DNA from: an uncultured Chitinophagales bacterium | GTDB taxonomy: Bacteria; Bacteroidota; Bacteroidia; Chitinophagales; CAZNGA01 | DNA: 64,000 nucleotides | NCBI GenBank assembly: GCA_964572485.1 | Contig: CAZNGA010000004.1 | Location: 3,196 to 67,195 of the forward strand | Reading direction: 5' to 3' | Made by a program: the position numbers and the translations under genes | Notes under the pieces: generated by a model | Told to the model about the DNA's origin: nothing | The model's database searches: none | Seen by the model: the letters and a program-made list of their open reading frames with translations, nothing else | Shown here: positions 54,313 to 64,000 of the stretch, piece after piece | How the letters are laid out: the number at the start of each line of letters is the position of its first letter | How positions within the stretch are numbered: the stretch's first letter is position 1

Positions 54313-55810
54313 AACTCTCTTGCATTCTTTTCATTCTTATATTTCTGTTGAGCTGCATTCTTATAAAACCGTAAACGACAACAATTATAATTGGAAAAAG
54401 AAAATTAAAATATTTCAATAGCATTCGGGTACCATCCTCTAATTCATCTAATGGACGGGAGGTGAGTCCCTTTGTACGCAGGTCTATCAGGCCGGTATCA
54501 TCAGACAACCAGTCAATTGAGTTCACAATAAGATTGATGTTATCAGCAGGAAGCTGCCCTGCATTACGCCCCTTTCCACCGATAGGGAAATCGCCATCAG
54601 ATATTAATATCACCCTTGAATTCGCTGCTCCAAAAAGTTTACCACTTAATAATGCACCGATCGTTATATTTGATAGTGGGAAATCAGCACTTCCCCATTT
54701 CTTTTCAATATCAAAGGTATGGGGTGGGTTAATTGTCCCAGAATTTTCAGAAGTTTTTATCAAAGGAGTAAATTGAATTGAGGTGTCTCCTCTAAATGTA
54801 ATGGAGCTGGCAAATTGAAAAACTATGCTCTCTATGCCTTTGGTAACAGGATGCTCTTCAAACTTCTGGACCTGTGGAAAATAATGAAACGCCACCGGAA
54901 TTTGATAATTTTGCTGTTGCAGCATCACTGAACCACATTTCCAATCCACCACAAAATTCTCGTCAATGACTACCCCGAACTTCATAAGAAAGTCCTCTAA
55001 TCCAGTATAAACACCTGTTCCCCGAGCCTGAGAGAAATTGCCTTTTACCCTATTGTAACCGATGAATAAGTTGCCACCATTTGATAAAAAATCGGCGATC
55101 TGTGATAAATGACTTGGGGGAATGGTATCTTTTGGAGCTACAATGGCTATGGTCTTATATTTTTCTGCCAATACCACCGGCTCATCCAAAGTAATTGGTT
55201 CTACATCATAAAGGACTGAAAGTGCATTGTAAACTTGGGACAACTCATCCAGAGCAGGTTCCCCATGGCCTTGTAGTATCCCTATTATAGGTTTCTCTAA
55301 AACCGAAAGTTTCTTTATCCCTGAGGATAAAGCATATTCATTATCTACATCAGGTTCAATAATCGGGATCGCTTCAGATCCTTCGTTTACTCTTATCAAA
55401 GCACCAAAATAGGCTTTCTGCTGGTTGAATTTATCCTTTTCACGAACGTTAACAATTCTTGGCATGACGCCGGCACTCATGGCCTTTCGCTCCAACCCTT
55501 CATCTCCACTCGGGTCGATGAACTCATATAATACCATCCCATTTGACCTTTGATTATACTCGACCAATAACTCCTTAAAGTCATTCCTTGCCTTTTCAAT
55601 AGCTGCGGGAAGATCCTTGGAAAAATAAGCGGTTACCGTTACCGGTGATTCCAATGAGGACAAAATATCCAAAGTGGCATCACTTAATGTATATCTATTG
55701 TCCTCAGTAAAATCCAGTCTAAAGAAAAAACGGCTGGCTAAAATATTAACCACCAGGATGATACCTATGAATATCAACAATGAAAAAAGTACTGTTTTCT
55801 TGCTTTTCAT
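54305..55810 (-). CDS. gldG: GldG-type ABC-transporter auxiliary component
   Basis: N- and C-terminal TM anchors flanking a large periplasmic domain (DFTEDNRYTLSDAT start typical of the GldG family). Directly follows the GldF-like permease. Confidence 0.65.
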   Translation of the reverse strand: MKSKKTVLFSLLIFIGIILVVNILASRFFFRLDFTEDNRYTLSDATLDILSSLESPVTVTAYFSKDLPAAIEKARNDFKELLVEYNQRSNGMVLYEFIDPSGDEGLERKAMSAGVMPRIVNVREKDKFNQQKAYFGALIRVNEGSEAIPIIEPDVDNEYALSSGIKKLSVLEKPIIGILQGHGEPALDELSQVYNALSVLYDVEPITLDEPVVLAEKYKTIAIVAPKDTIPPSHLSQIADFLSNGGNLFIGYNRVKGNFSQARGTGVYTGLEDFLMKFGVVIDENFVVDWKCGSVMLQQQNYQIPVAFHYFPQVQKFEEHPVTKGIESIVFQFASSITFRGDTSIQFTPLIKTSENSGTINPPHTFDIEKKWGSADFPLSNITIGALLSGKLFGAANSRVILISDGDFPIGGKGRNAGQLPADNINLIVNSIDWLSDDTGLIDLRTKGLTSRPLDELEDGTRMLLKYFNFLFPIIIVVVYGFIRMQLNRNIRMKRMQESYV

Positions 55811-55812
55811 GA

Positions 55813-56538
55813 TCAGTCAATCAAATTTCTTCTTGCTAAAATTGTTTCAGAAGAAACGATTCCAATAATTATTATTGAGAAAAAGTAGATCAGATCTTTG
55901 CTATCTATTACCCCTCTGGATATAGATTCAAAATGGGTGGATAAACTCAGGTAATCAAATACTGCTCCTGGTATCCCGGTAAAGTTCATTGCCAACATCC
56001 CAAAAATGATATGAAAAAAGATGCCGATACATAATGCTAATAAAAAAGCTACAATTTGATTGCTAGTGACAGAACTCGCAAATAACCCAATACTAATATA
56101 AGCCCCACTCATCAGCAATAAGCCTAAATAACCACACAAAACGGCCCCGTGATCAATGGGTCCCAAATTCAATATGGTGATATAATAAGGAAGGGTGCTG
56201 ACCAATGCCAAAACTATCAATCCTAAACAAGCAATAAATTTACCAATTACGACCTGCATGTCCGTGACTGCCTTGGTAAGCAATAACTCGATAGTTCCGG
56301 AGCTCTTTTCTTCGGCTAATAATTTCATGGTCAATGCGGGGATAAAGAAAAATAACGACCAATAAGCTATAGAAAAAAATGAGCTCATCGTTGCCTGACC
56401 TACAATGAAAACATCTCGGCCATAAAGCCAGGTAAAAAACCCGCTAAAGCCAAGGAAAACGATCAGCATTATGTAGGCGATCAAAGAATTAAAAAAATCT
56501 CCCAATTCTTTTCCGGCAATGATCCTTATTGCTTTCAT
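55813..56538 (-). CDS. gldF: GldF-type ABC-2 permease
   Basis: 241 aa, six TM helices. KELGDFFNSLIAYI N-terminus as in GldF/ABC-2 type permeases. Confidence 0.65.
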   Translation of the reverse strand: MKAIRIIAGKELGDFFNSLIAYIMLIVFLGFSGFFTWLYGRDVFIVGQATMSSFFSIAYWSLFFFIPALTMKLLAEEKSSGTIELLLTKAVTDMQVVIGKFIACLGLIVLALVSTLPYYITILNLGPIDHGAVLCGYLGLLLMSGAYISIGLFASSVTSNQIVAFLLALCIGIFFHIIFGMLAMNFTGIPGAVFDYLSLSTHFESISRGVIDSKDLIYFFSIIIIGIVSSETILARRNLID

Positions 56539-56591
56539 TTCTTCTTTGTTATCTGTTAATTTTTTTCTTTACTATATAAGTCAACCTGATA

Positions 56592-57521
56592 TTACTCTAT
56601 GGTCAGGTCTCTGAATATATCTTCTAATCTAGTTTCAATAGGTGTCATCTCATTGAGCACCCACCCCTTCTCAACACACAGATTGAATATCTGTTTCCTT
56701 GATGAGCTCCCGGCCTTGCTTTGCACTTCCATCAGGTCACCACTACCTCCCACCGGATCCACCATATGAACTTCTTCCATATCTTGCAATGACTTGATGA
56801 TCTCATTCCTACTCCCCTCTCCGATGCCGATCCTTAAGATCTCCTGTCCCTGAGCTTGCTTACGCAATGATTCAGAGGTACCGTCAGCAACTATTTTACC
56901 TTTGTTAATGATCAATATCCTATCACAAGTAGCTTCAACTTCAGGTAAAATATGTGTGCTCAGCACAACCGTTTTTTCTTTGCCTACCTCTTTGATCAGC
57001 TTCCTTATCTCTATGATCTGATTCGGGTCGAGCCCGCTGGTTGGCTCGTCAAGTAGCAATATCTGCGGATCATGGATCATGGCTTGCGCCAATCCAACCC
57101 GCTGCCGATACCCTTTTGAGAGCTCTCCGATCTTCTTGTGCTTTTCATTATCTAAGCCGCAAACGATGACCATCTCTCTAATTCGCTCTCCAATTACCCC
57201 TTTCTCTACTCCCTGCAACGCTGCAACAAATCGCAGATAATCAATTACAGGCATGTCATGATATAATGGATTATTTTCAGGCAAGTAACCAATGTTCTTC
57301 TTGATCTCATCAGGGTTTTCCCTGATCGACCACTCTCCAATTCTCACATCTCCTTCGGTTGGCGCCATAAAGCAAGTGACCATCTTCATAGTGGTGGTCT
57401 TTCCTGCACCGTTAGGGCCAAGGAATCCAAGTATCTCCCCCGTCTTTACTTCAAACGAAATGTTGTCAACAGCTCGTTGGAGGTCATACTTTTTAGTCAA
57501 ATTTTCAACAAAAATATCCAT
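56592..57521 (-). CDS. gldA: GldA-type ABC transporter ATP-binding protein
   Basis: Walker A GPNGAGKTTT, signature LSKGYRQRV, Walker B LLLDEPTSGLD, C-terminal regulatory domain. Confidence 0.7.
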   Translation of the reverse strand: MDIFVENLTKKYDLQRAVDNISFEVKTGEILGFLGPNGAGKTTTMKMVTCFMAPTEGDVRIGEWSIRENPDEIKKNIGYLPENNPLYHDMPVIDYLRFVAALQGVEKGVIGERIREMVIVCGLDNEKHKKIGELSKGYRQRVGLAQAMIHDPQILLLDEPTSGLDPNQIIEIRKLIKEVGKEKTVVLSTHILPEVEATCDRILIINKGKIVADGTSESLRKQAQGQEILRIGIGEGSRNEIIKSLQDMEEVHMVDPVGGSGDLMEVQSKAGSSSRKQIFNLCVEKGWVLNEMTPIETRLEDIFRDLTIE

Positions 57522-57568
57522 AAAAAACTTGATGTTTTATCTAATTTTTGGGAGTGTAAAAATAAAAA

Positions 57569-57634
57569 AATTAAGGGAAATTAAAAAATCAAATTAGGTT
57601 TTCATGACATTACTCATTTAAAACTCCCTTAATT
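57569..57634. repeat. 10-bp perfect inverted repeat AATTAAGGGA ... TCCCTTAATT separated by 46 nt, spanning the stop codon of the FetB-like gene
   Basis: Read directly. On the minus strand the distal arm is followed by TTTTTATTTTT. The loop is too long for a classical intrinsic terminator. Confidence 0.5.
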
Positions 57635-58423
57635 ACTTTTGATTATCCCCTCCTTAAATCTATCATATTTGTCAAAAGCAAAATGATTGGCAAAAAGGAT
57701 GGTAAGGAAAACCGTCGAAATAGATGCCACAAATACACAGATCATAAAAAGGATCTGGTACTTGATAGCAGTTGTAGGATCGCTTCCGCTGATGATCTGT
57801 CCTGTCATGGTACCTGGCAAGGCCACTAGCCCAATTACAGCCATAGTGGCGATCACAGGATTAAAGGCACTTTTCAAGGCTTTTTGCATGAAGGGGAAGA
57901 GTGCCTCTCCTCTCTTTCCACCGCAGGCAAGAAAATATCGATACTTTGCCCGCTCGTGGTGAAGATCATGATAAAAAGTATTCAATGCAATAATATTGGA
58001 GCGCAAACAATTTCCCATGATCATGCCGGATATCGGTACTAAAAATCGAGCTTCAAAGACATGATCAAGGCGTATGGCAACTTTTAGAAAAAACGCATCT
58101 ACCAAGGTGATGCTGATCAGCATCGCAAAAAATACAGGGAAGAAAAAGGCCCGCCAATTTAATTGCCCCCTGCTTACTATAGAATAATTGGCAACCACAA
58201 GCATAAGCATGATCCACAGGATATTAATGATCATATTATCTTCTTTGATCAGCCAGCCGAGATAGAGGCCCACCAATAAAAGTTGGACGGTCATTCTTAC
58301 AATGGCAATTAGTGTTTGTCTGATCAGACCGATCTGGTAATACCAGAATATCCCTAATGGGATCAACAATAGCAGGTACCCCACTATCATATCGTTCCAC
58401 CTTATATCAATTGTCCCTTCCAT
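57629..58423 (-). CDS. FetB/YbbM-like (UPF0014) ABC permease
   Basis: 264 aa with about 7 TM helices. Adjacent to and abutting a short ABC ATPase, as with E. coli ybbL-ybbM (fetAB). Confidence 0.65.
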   Translation of the reverse strand: MEGTIDIRWNDMIVGYLLLLIPLGIFWYYQIGLIRQTLIAIVRMTVQLLLVGLYLGWLIKEDNMIINILWIMLMLVVANYSIVSRGQLNWRAFFFPVFFAMLISITLVDAFFLKVAIRLDHVFEARFLVPISGMIMGNCLRSNIIALNTFYHDLHHERAKYRYFLACGGKRGEALFPFMQKALKSAFNPVIATMAVIGLVALPGTMTGQIISGSDPTTAIKYQILFMICVFVASISTVFLTILFANHFAFDKYDRFKEGIIKSN

Positions 58424-59041
58424 CTATGTTTTAATGATCTTGTCACATTGGTCTATCCACTCCTGATCATGCGATGTAGACAATATGGTTGAGTGCTTAT
58501 TTTTTAAGAGGTGGGCCATGACCAATTTCTTATTGTGTTTATCCAAGGCAGCCGTGGGTTCATCTAACAATAACACATCTCTTTTAAGAAGTAAACTAAT
58601 GATGAGTCCGATCCTTTGCTTCTGCCCTCCTGATACTTCATCCATCTTTTTGGATAGAGCGCTTTCTTCAAGGCCCAACTTCGAGAACAAGACAAGGATC
58701 TCTTCGTCAGTGGGCTTCACCAATTTATTACTCTTAAATGAAAATGGTCGAAAGATGACATCTCTTACCAATTGGGCTCCAAATGGAAATTCCTGGGGCA
58801 ACCAGCCAATCCTCGAACGCCACTTATGGATATTCATATCTCTTATGTCTTCACCATCTATCAGTATCCTCCCACTATCCGGGTTACAAAATCCTAACAC
58901 CAAATTGATGATCGTCGATTTACCGGAAGCTGAATCCCCGCTAACTACCACCTTCTCACCTTCTTTAACTTCAAAACTAAATTGGTCAAGTACCGGTTTG
59001 GTGTCAAAACTAATTGTCACATTTTCAAACTTCAGGTTCAT
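58424..59041 (-). CDS. FetA/YbbL-like ABC ATP-binding protein
   Basis: Walker A GDSASGKST, signature VSGGQKQRI, Walker B LLLDEPTAALD; 205 aa. Confidence 0.75.
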   Translation of the reverse strand: MNLKFENVTISFDTKPVLDQFSFEVKEGEKVVVSGDSASGKSTIINLVLGFCNPDSGRILIDGEDIRDMNIHKWRSRIGWLPQEFPFGAQLVRDVIFRPFSFKSNKLVKPTDEEILVLFSKLGLEESALSKKMDEVSGGQKQRIGLIISLLLKRDVLLLDEPTAALDKHNKKLVMAHLLKNKHSTILSTSHDQEWIDQCDKIIKT

Positions 59042-59269
59042 ATCGTAAAGTTAAGAAATAAAGAAAAGATACTTCTATGTTGCCCATTTTCACCAAATAA
59101 ATTCTGCGATCATTTGTTCATTTGAAGAAATCTATTAAATTCGCTTAGACCTATACTGTCAAACCAATTCATTTATTTTAGACACTTTTCAACAGCTGTT
59201 AATAATTTTCTCCCGCAAATAATGGAGAAAACCTTATTATTGCTTACTTTTTAGCTCGAATCCTTTACC

Positions 59270-59301
59270 CTTATAAGCTTTGTGATTTTGAAGCTTATAA
59301 G
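59270..59301 (+). promoter_or_regulatory. 11-bp perfect inverted repeat CTTATAAGCTT-(10 nt)-AAGCTTATAAG in the parE leader
   Basis: Read directly. Ends 12 nt before the parE ATG (59314). Confidence 0.35.
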
Positions 59302-59313
59302 AAAGTATTGTTT

Positions 59314-61167
59314 ATGGCTCAATCGAATTATAACGAAGATAGTGTACGCACGTTAGACTGGCGGGAGCATATTAGAATGCGCCCGGGGATGTACATTGGA
59401 AAGTTAGGCGACGGCTCCTCCCCGGACGACGGCATCTATATCCTCATCAAGGAAACTATAGATAACTCCATTGATGAATACCTCATGGGATTTGGGAAAA
59501 AGATCGACATCAAGGTCACCGATCAAAAAGTAATGGTAAGAGACTACGGCAGAGGGATTCCATTGGGAAAGGTCCTTGATTGTGTTTCTAAGATCAACAC
59601 CGGCGCTAAATACGACACCAAAGCATTTCAGAAATCTGTTGGGCTTAATGGCGTCGGCACAAAGGCAGTCAATGCCCTATCAAAACAATTTAAGGTTTCT
59701 GCGATTCGGGAGGGTAAGATCAAGGTGGCTGAATTTGAACATGGTGAGATCATCAACGATCAAAAGATAACCAAGACTGAACTCCCTGATGGCACAGCTA
59801 TTGAATTCACCCCTGATGATGGCTTCTTCAAGAATTATCATTTTCTCCCTGAATTCATTGAAAATAAGATATGGAATTACGCCTATCTAAATGCCGGATT
59901 GACCATTAATTATAATAAGAAGAAGTATTTCTCCAAAGATGGATTATTAGACTTATTATCCAGGAAAACAGATGTGGAAACCCTTAGATATCCGATCATT
60001 CATTTGAATGGTACTGATATTGAAATCGCTATGACCCATGGGAATCAATATGGTGAGGAGTACTATTCTTTCGTGAATGGCCAATACACAACGATGGGAG
60101 GTACCCATTTGGCAGCTTTCAAAGAAGCGATTGGAAAAACAATACGAGAATTCTATAAGAAGGATTTTGATACTGCAGATATCCGGTCATCGATCATTGG
60201 AGCGATAAGCATTCGCATCCAGGAGCCGGTCTTTGAAGCCCAGACAAAAACGAAATTGGGATCTCAAACCATGTCCCCCGATGGTGCATCGGTGAGAGGA
60301 CATGTAATGGATTTTCTAAAAAAGGAATTAGACGACTATTTGCATAAGCACCCTGAAACTGCTGACATCCTCCTGAAGCGTATCCAACAATCTGAACGGG
60401 AGAGAAAAGATATGGCAGGCATCAGGAAGCTGGCCAATAAGCGAACCAAAAAAGCCAACCTTCACAATAAAAAACTCAGAGATTGCAGGAGACATTTTAA
60501 TGACGGCCATGACAACCATTGGGAATCCACCTTATTCATTACAGAAGGTGACTCTGCCAGCGGTTCTATTACAAAATCAAGGAAAGTGGAAACCCAGGCA
60601 GTTTTCAGTTTGCGTGGAAAACCTCTGAACTCCTATGGCCTAAAGAAGAAAGTAGTGTACGAGAATGAAGAGTTCAATCTGCTACAACATGCTTTGAATA
60701 TTGAGGACGGACTCGATGACCTACGTTATAATAATGTAGTAATAGCCACCGATGCAGATGTTGATGGTATGCACATCCGACTACTATTGCTTACCTTCTT
60801 TCTCCAATTTTTTCCGGAATTGGTTCGAAATGGTCATCTCTATTTGTTGGAAACCCCTTTGTTCCGAGTAAGAGATAAGAAAGAAACTATTTACTGCTAT
60901 TCCGAAGAGGAGAAAATGAAAGCTCAAAAGAAACTAAAAGGAAAGCCTGAGATCACAAGGTTTAAAGGGCTGGGAGAAATCTCTCCGGAAGAGTTCAGCC
61001 AGTTCATCGGCGACAAGATGCAGCTCGAGCCCATTATACTTGACAGAGATACATCCGTACAAAAGATACTGAGCTACTATATGGGAAAGAATACTCCTGA
61101 AAGACAGGAATTTATTATTGATCATTTAAGAGTTGAAAAGAACGAAATGGAGGAAGTCCATGGATAG
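59314..61167 (+). CDS. parE: DNA topoisomerase IV subunit B (type IIA topoisomerase ATPase/TOPRIM subunit)
   Basis: [30 protein letters not shown], the TOPRIM motifs [11 protein letters not shown] and [13 protein letters not shown]. Short (about 617 aa) form followed directly by the A subunit, as for Bacteroidota ParE. Start taken at the ATG at 59314. Confidence 0.85.
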   Translation: MAQSNYNEDSVRTLDWREHIRMRPGMYIGKLGDGSSPDDGIYILIKETIDNSIDEYLMGFGKKIDIKVTDQKVMVRDYGRGIPLGKVLDCVSKINTGAKYDTKAFQKSVGLNGVGTKAVNALSKQFKVSAIREGKIKVAEFEHGEIINDQKITKTELPDGTAIEFTPDDGFFKNYHFLPEFIENKIWNYAYLNAGLTINYNKKKYFSKDGLLDLLSRKTDVETLRYPIIHLNGTDIEIAMTHGNQYGEEYYSFVNGQYTTMGGTHLAAFKEAIGKTIREFYKKDFDTADIRSSIIGAISIRIQEPVFEAQTKTKLGSQTMSPDGASVRGHVMDFLKKELDDYLHKHPETADILLKRIQQSERERKDMAGIRKLANKRTKKANLHNKKLRDCRRHFNDGHDNHWESTLFITEGDSASGSITKSRKVETQAVFSLRGKPLNSYGLKKKVVYENEEFNLLQHALNIEDGLDDLRYNNVVIATDADVDGMHIRLLLLTFFLQFFPELVRNGHLYLLETPLFRVRDKKETIYCYSEEEKMKAQKKLKGKPEITRFKGLGEISPEEFSQFIGDKMQLEPIILDRDTSVQKILSYYMGKNTPERQEFIIDHLRVEKNEMEEVHG

Positions 61168-64000
61168 TAAACCACCTGAAGAGCAGTCTGCTCCCAATGG
61201 AAATGGGAATGGGAACGGAAATGGCATGATCCACAAGATACATATTGATGGCATGTATGAGAATTGGTTCCTTGATTACGCTTCTTACGTGATCCTCGAA
61301 AGGGCGGTCCCAATGCTCAATGATGGATTGAAGCCAGTACAACGCCGGATCTTCCACTCCATGAAAGAGCTTGATGATGGAAGATTCAATAAGGTGGCCA
61401 ATATCATTGGACATACCATGCAATACCATCCCCATGGTGATGCTGCTATAGGCGATGCTATTGTAAATTTAGGGCAAAAGGATCTCATGATAGAAACCCA
61501 GGGGAACTGGGGAGATATTAGAACAGGAGACAGTGCTGCAGCACCTCGTTATATTGAAGCCAGGCTATCTAAGTTTGCATTAGAGGTCGCTTTTAATAAC
61601 AACACCACTGAGTGGCAATTATCTTATGATGGTAGGAAGCAAGAGCCCACAAAGTTACCTATCAAATTTCCAATGATCCTTGCCCAGGGAGCTGAAGGAA
61701 TCGCTGTGGGATTAGCTACTAAGATAATGCCTCACAATTTTAATGAGCTCGTCAAAGCTTCTATCAATGTGCTCAAAGGAAAAAACACAAATATTTTACC
61801 TGATTTCCCAACAGGAGGTTTGGCAGATTTTACCAACTATAATGAAGGGCTTAGAGGAAGTAAAATTCGTGTTCGGGCTAAAATTGAAACTGTCGATAAA
61901 CGTACATTGATCGTTAGGGATGTTCCATTTGGTATCACCACAACACACCTGATCGAGTCGATCGTTAAGGCCAATGACAACAAAAAGATCAAGATAAGTA
62001 AGGTAATAGATAATACCGCTAAAGATATTGAGATCATTATTGAGTTACCTGCAGGTGTTTCTCCTGATGTTACCATTGACGCACTGTATGCCTTTACCGA
62101 TTGTGAGATCTCCATTTCTCCCAATGCATGTATTATCATAGAGGATAAGCCTCATTTTATCACTGTGAATGAGATGCTGAAATTTTCCACTGATAATACT
62201 GTTGACCTACTTAAGAAAGAACTTGAGATCGCTAAGCGCAATTTATTAGAGAAATGGCACTTTGCCTCTCTTGAGAAGATATTCATTGAGAATCGCATTT
62301 ATCATGACATTGAAATATGTGAGACTTGGGATTCGGTGATCAAAACGATCGATAAAGGACTTACCCCTTTTAAAAAGAAATTGAAAAGAGATGTCACTGT
62401 TGAAGATATTGAGAGACTTACTGAAATTAAGATCAAAAGGATCACCAAATTTGATTCACTCAAAGCGGATAAGGACATCAAGAAACTGAATCAGGACTTA
62501 AAAGAAGTAAACCACAATCTAAGCCATTTGATCGATTATGCGATCTCCTACTTCCAGGGGTTATTGGAAAGGTATGGCAAAACGAAATCACGAAGAACAG
62601 AGATCAAAACATTTGACACTATCCAGGTGACCAGAGTTGCCGTTGCCAATCGTAAGCTATACATTAACAGGAAGGAAGGTTTTGTTGGTCACGGATTGAA
62701 AAAAGATGAACTGATAGGCGAATGCTCCGACCTTGACAATATCATCATCATCCGAAAAGATGGGAAGATGATCGTGACAAAGGTGGCTGAAAAATCATTT
62801 GTCGGTAAGGGTATCATCCACGCCGCAGTATGGAAGAAAAATGACGATAGGATGGTGTACAATATTGTATATGTAGATGCAAAATCAAAGAGGAACTTTG
62901 TAAAAAGATGTTCAGTAACCTCTGTTACCAGAGATAAGGAATACGATCTTACAAAAGGGAATAACGGATCCAGGATCATCTATTTTACAGCAAATCCAAA
63001 TAGCGAATCTGAAGTGGTGAGCGTTCAATTACATGACAATTGTACTGCAAGGATCAAGAATTTCGAATATGATTTCAATGAGCTATCCATCAAAGGCAGG
63101 GGATCAACAGGGAACATTCTGACCAAATACAACATCAAGAAGATCGAGAGAAAGTCAATTGGTGCTTCAACGTTGGGAGGTAGAGATATTTGGATCGACA
63201 AAACGGTGGGTAGATTGAATACCGAAGAAAGGGGTGATTTCTTAGGTAATTTCAACACCAATGATAAGATCCTTGTTATTTATGGTGAGGGTTCATATGC
63301 CCTGACCACCTTTGAACTGATCAATCGTTATGAAATGGATGCTATATCTATTGTTCAAAAATTCGATCCTTCTTCGGTGATTACAGCCATATACTTTGAT
63401 GGTAAGAAGACAGCTTACTTCGTGAAGCGTTTCCATATTGAAACTACTTCTGTTGGCCAGCGCTTTATGTTCATTAGTGAATCTAAGAACTCACGGTTAC
63501 TGCTTTCTACAACCGTTGAATTCCCAGGCATAGAATTCAAATATGAGAAGGGAAAACTCAAAGAAAAAGTAACAGAAAAGATAGATCTCTCAGATTTCAT
63601 TGAGGTGAAAGGCTGGAAAGCCAAAGGCAACAAATTGATGTATGCTAAAATTTCAGGTGTGAAAATAATTGAGATGGCACCCCCTCCTGAAAAGAAAGCT
63701 AAGGTTGAAGTCAATGGATCCGCAATAGAAGAACTGACTACTAAAGTCCAGGAAAATGGGAATGGTAAAAAAGTAGCAACACCTAAAAAGCTGCCTTCCA
63801 AAGCAAACAAAATAACACCTGCTGTTGCCAAAGAAACAAAACAAAAAGCAAAAGAGAAGTCTTTTAAACCGGGAACAAAAGTTGAACTTGAAGTAACTCC
63901 CGTAAAAAAAAGGCAACCCGCAAAAAAAGTAAAAGGTATTCAGACGGCAACAGCTAAAAAAGTAAAAGGTATTCAGACGGCAACAGCTAAAAAAGGGAAG
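61160..64000 (+). CDS. parC: DNA topoisomerase IV subunit A, 5' 947 codons (open at window end)
   Basis: Own translation: ...[71 protein letters not shown]...[14 protein letters not shown]. No stop in this frame to base 64000, so it is missing from the ORF track. ATG 61160 overlaps the parE stop (ATGGATAG). The alternative ATG at 61226 would remove the (NG)5 N-terminus. Confidence 0.85.
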   Translation, partial: MDSKPPEEQSAPNGNGNGNGNGMIHKIHIDGMYENWFLDYASYVILERAVPMLNDGLKPVQRRIFHSMKELDDGRFNKVANIIGHTMQYHPHGDAAIGDAIVNLGQKDLMIETQGNWGDIRTGDSAAAPRYIEARLSKFALEVAFNNNTTEWQLSYDGRKQEPTKLPIKFPMILAQGAEGIAVGLATKIMPHNFNELVKASINVLKGKNTNILPDFPTGGLADFTNYNEGLRGSKIRVRAKIETVDKRTLIVRDVPFGITTTHLIESIVKANDNKKIKISKVIDNTAKDIEIIIELPAGVSPDVTIDALYAFTDCEISISPNACIIIEDKPHFITVNEMLKFSTDNTVDLLKKELEIAKRNLLEKWHFASLEKIFIENRIYHDIEICETWDSVIKTIDKGLTPFKKKLKRDVTVEDIERLTEIKIKRITKFDSLKADKDIKKLNQDLKEVNHNLSHLIDYAISYFQGLLERYGKTKSRRTEIKTFDTIQVTRVAVANRKLYINRKEGFVGHGLKKDELIGECSDLDNIIIIRKDGKMIVTKVAEKSFVGKGIIHAAVWKKNDDRMVYNIVYVDAKSKRNFVKRCSVTSVTRDKEYDLTKGNNGSRIIYFTANPNSESEVVSVQLHDNCTARIKNFEYDFNELSIKGRGSTGNILTKYNIKKIERKSIGASTLGGRDIWIDKTVGRLNTEERGDFLGNFNTNDKILVIYGEGSYALTTFELINRYEMDAISIVQKFDPSSVITAIYFDGKKTAYFVKRFHIETTSVGQRFMFISESKNSRLLLSTTVEFPGIEFKYEKGKLKEKVTEKIDLSDFIEVKGWKAKGNKLMYAKISGVKIIEMAPPPEKKAKVEVNGSAIEELTTKVQENGNGKKVATPKKLPSKANKITPAVAKETKQKAKEKSFKPGTKVELEVTPVKKRQPAKKVKGIQTATAKKVKGIQTATAKKGK
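63929..63994 (+). repeat. Perfect 33-nt tandem duplication (2 copies) inside the Lys-rich C-terminal tail of ParC
   Basis: gtaaaaggtattcagacggcaacagctaaaaaa occurs twice back to back (63929-63961 and 63962-63994). It encodes [11 protein letters not shown] twice. The array may continue past the window end. Confidence 0.95.

Noticed and set aside
58485-59048. 187-aa plus-strand ORF covering the whole FetA-like gene
   Set aside because: The minus-strand frame carries complete Walker A, signature and Walker B motifs. The plus-strand product is low-complexity (S/L/N-rich) with no motif. It is an antisense artefact.
61115-63916. Eight minus-strand ORFs (63-138 aa) listed by the track downstream of parE
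   Set aside because: The plus-strand frame starting at 61160 is open for 947 codons and encodes unmistakable ParC motifs. The track lacks it only because it has no stop inside the window.
1-64000. Search for tRNA, rRNA, tmRNA, transposase, integrase, phage, toxin-antitoxin or known defence-system genes
   Set aside because: Nothing was recognisable by eye in any intergenic region or ORF. All ORFs over 100 aa that are not antisense artefacts are accounted for by the annotations above. A covariance-model scan (Infernal/tRNAscan) would be needed to exclude small RNAs formally.

Overview
The window is an AT-rich chromosomal segment that looks like Bacteroidota. Evidence: three T9SS type-A C-terminal sorting domains, SprB-type repeats, GldA/F/G-type ABC genes, an adjacent parE-parC pair, and recurrent TAnnTTTG -7 promoter boxes. 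About 45 protein genes can be called. Housekeeping or ordinary operons: (i) a TetR-TolC-HlyD-2xATPase-2xABC2-permease efflux operon (3.2-9.9 kb); (ii) ppdK; (iii) fur-pirin; (iv) a Phe/Tyr catabolic cluster, hmgA-hppD-bcp-doxX-phhA with a divergent FAH-family gene and a flavin-reductase-like gene (20-27 kb); (v) LtaS-like + GT87-like envelope genes, rsmG, an ECF-type sigma, GT2, tgt and lptF/G; (vi) gldA-gldF-gldG-DUF4340 and a FetAB-like ABC pair; (vii) parE-parC. parC is open at the window end, and a thermolysin-like protease is open at the window start. Two regions look accessory, each a giant T9SS-secreted repeat protein. The first is about 1,870 aa (10.1-15.7 kb): two FG-GAP propellers, SprB modules and a 15-unit array of an unnamed 51-aa two-Cys repeat. 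The second is 3,722 aa (33.8-45.0 kb): a 7x52-aa propeller-like N-terminus, a jelly-roll-like domain, and 33 SprB-type modules, one of which is split by a 206-aa inserted domain. I found no CRISPR array, tRNA/rRNA, transposase, integrase, phage gene or recognisable defence system. The most system-like unit I cannot map to a described system is an eight-gene, single-strand redox/Fe-S operon at 27.1-33.4 kb. It encodes a bacilliredoxin-like protein, Rrf2, a ferredoxin, a His-rich 4-TM protein, a CDGSH protein, KorA, KorB and an FAD/NAD(P) reductase. All functional calls rest on motifs read by eye from the translations; no database search was run.
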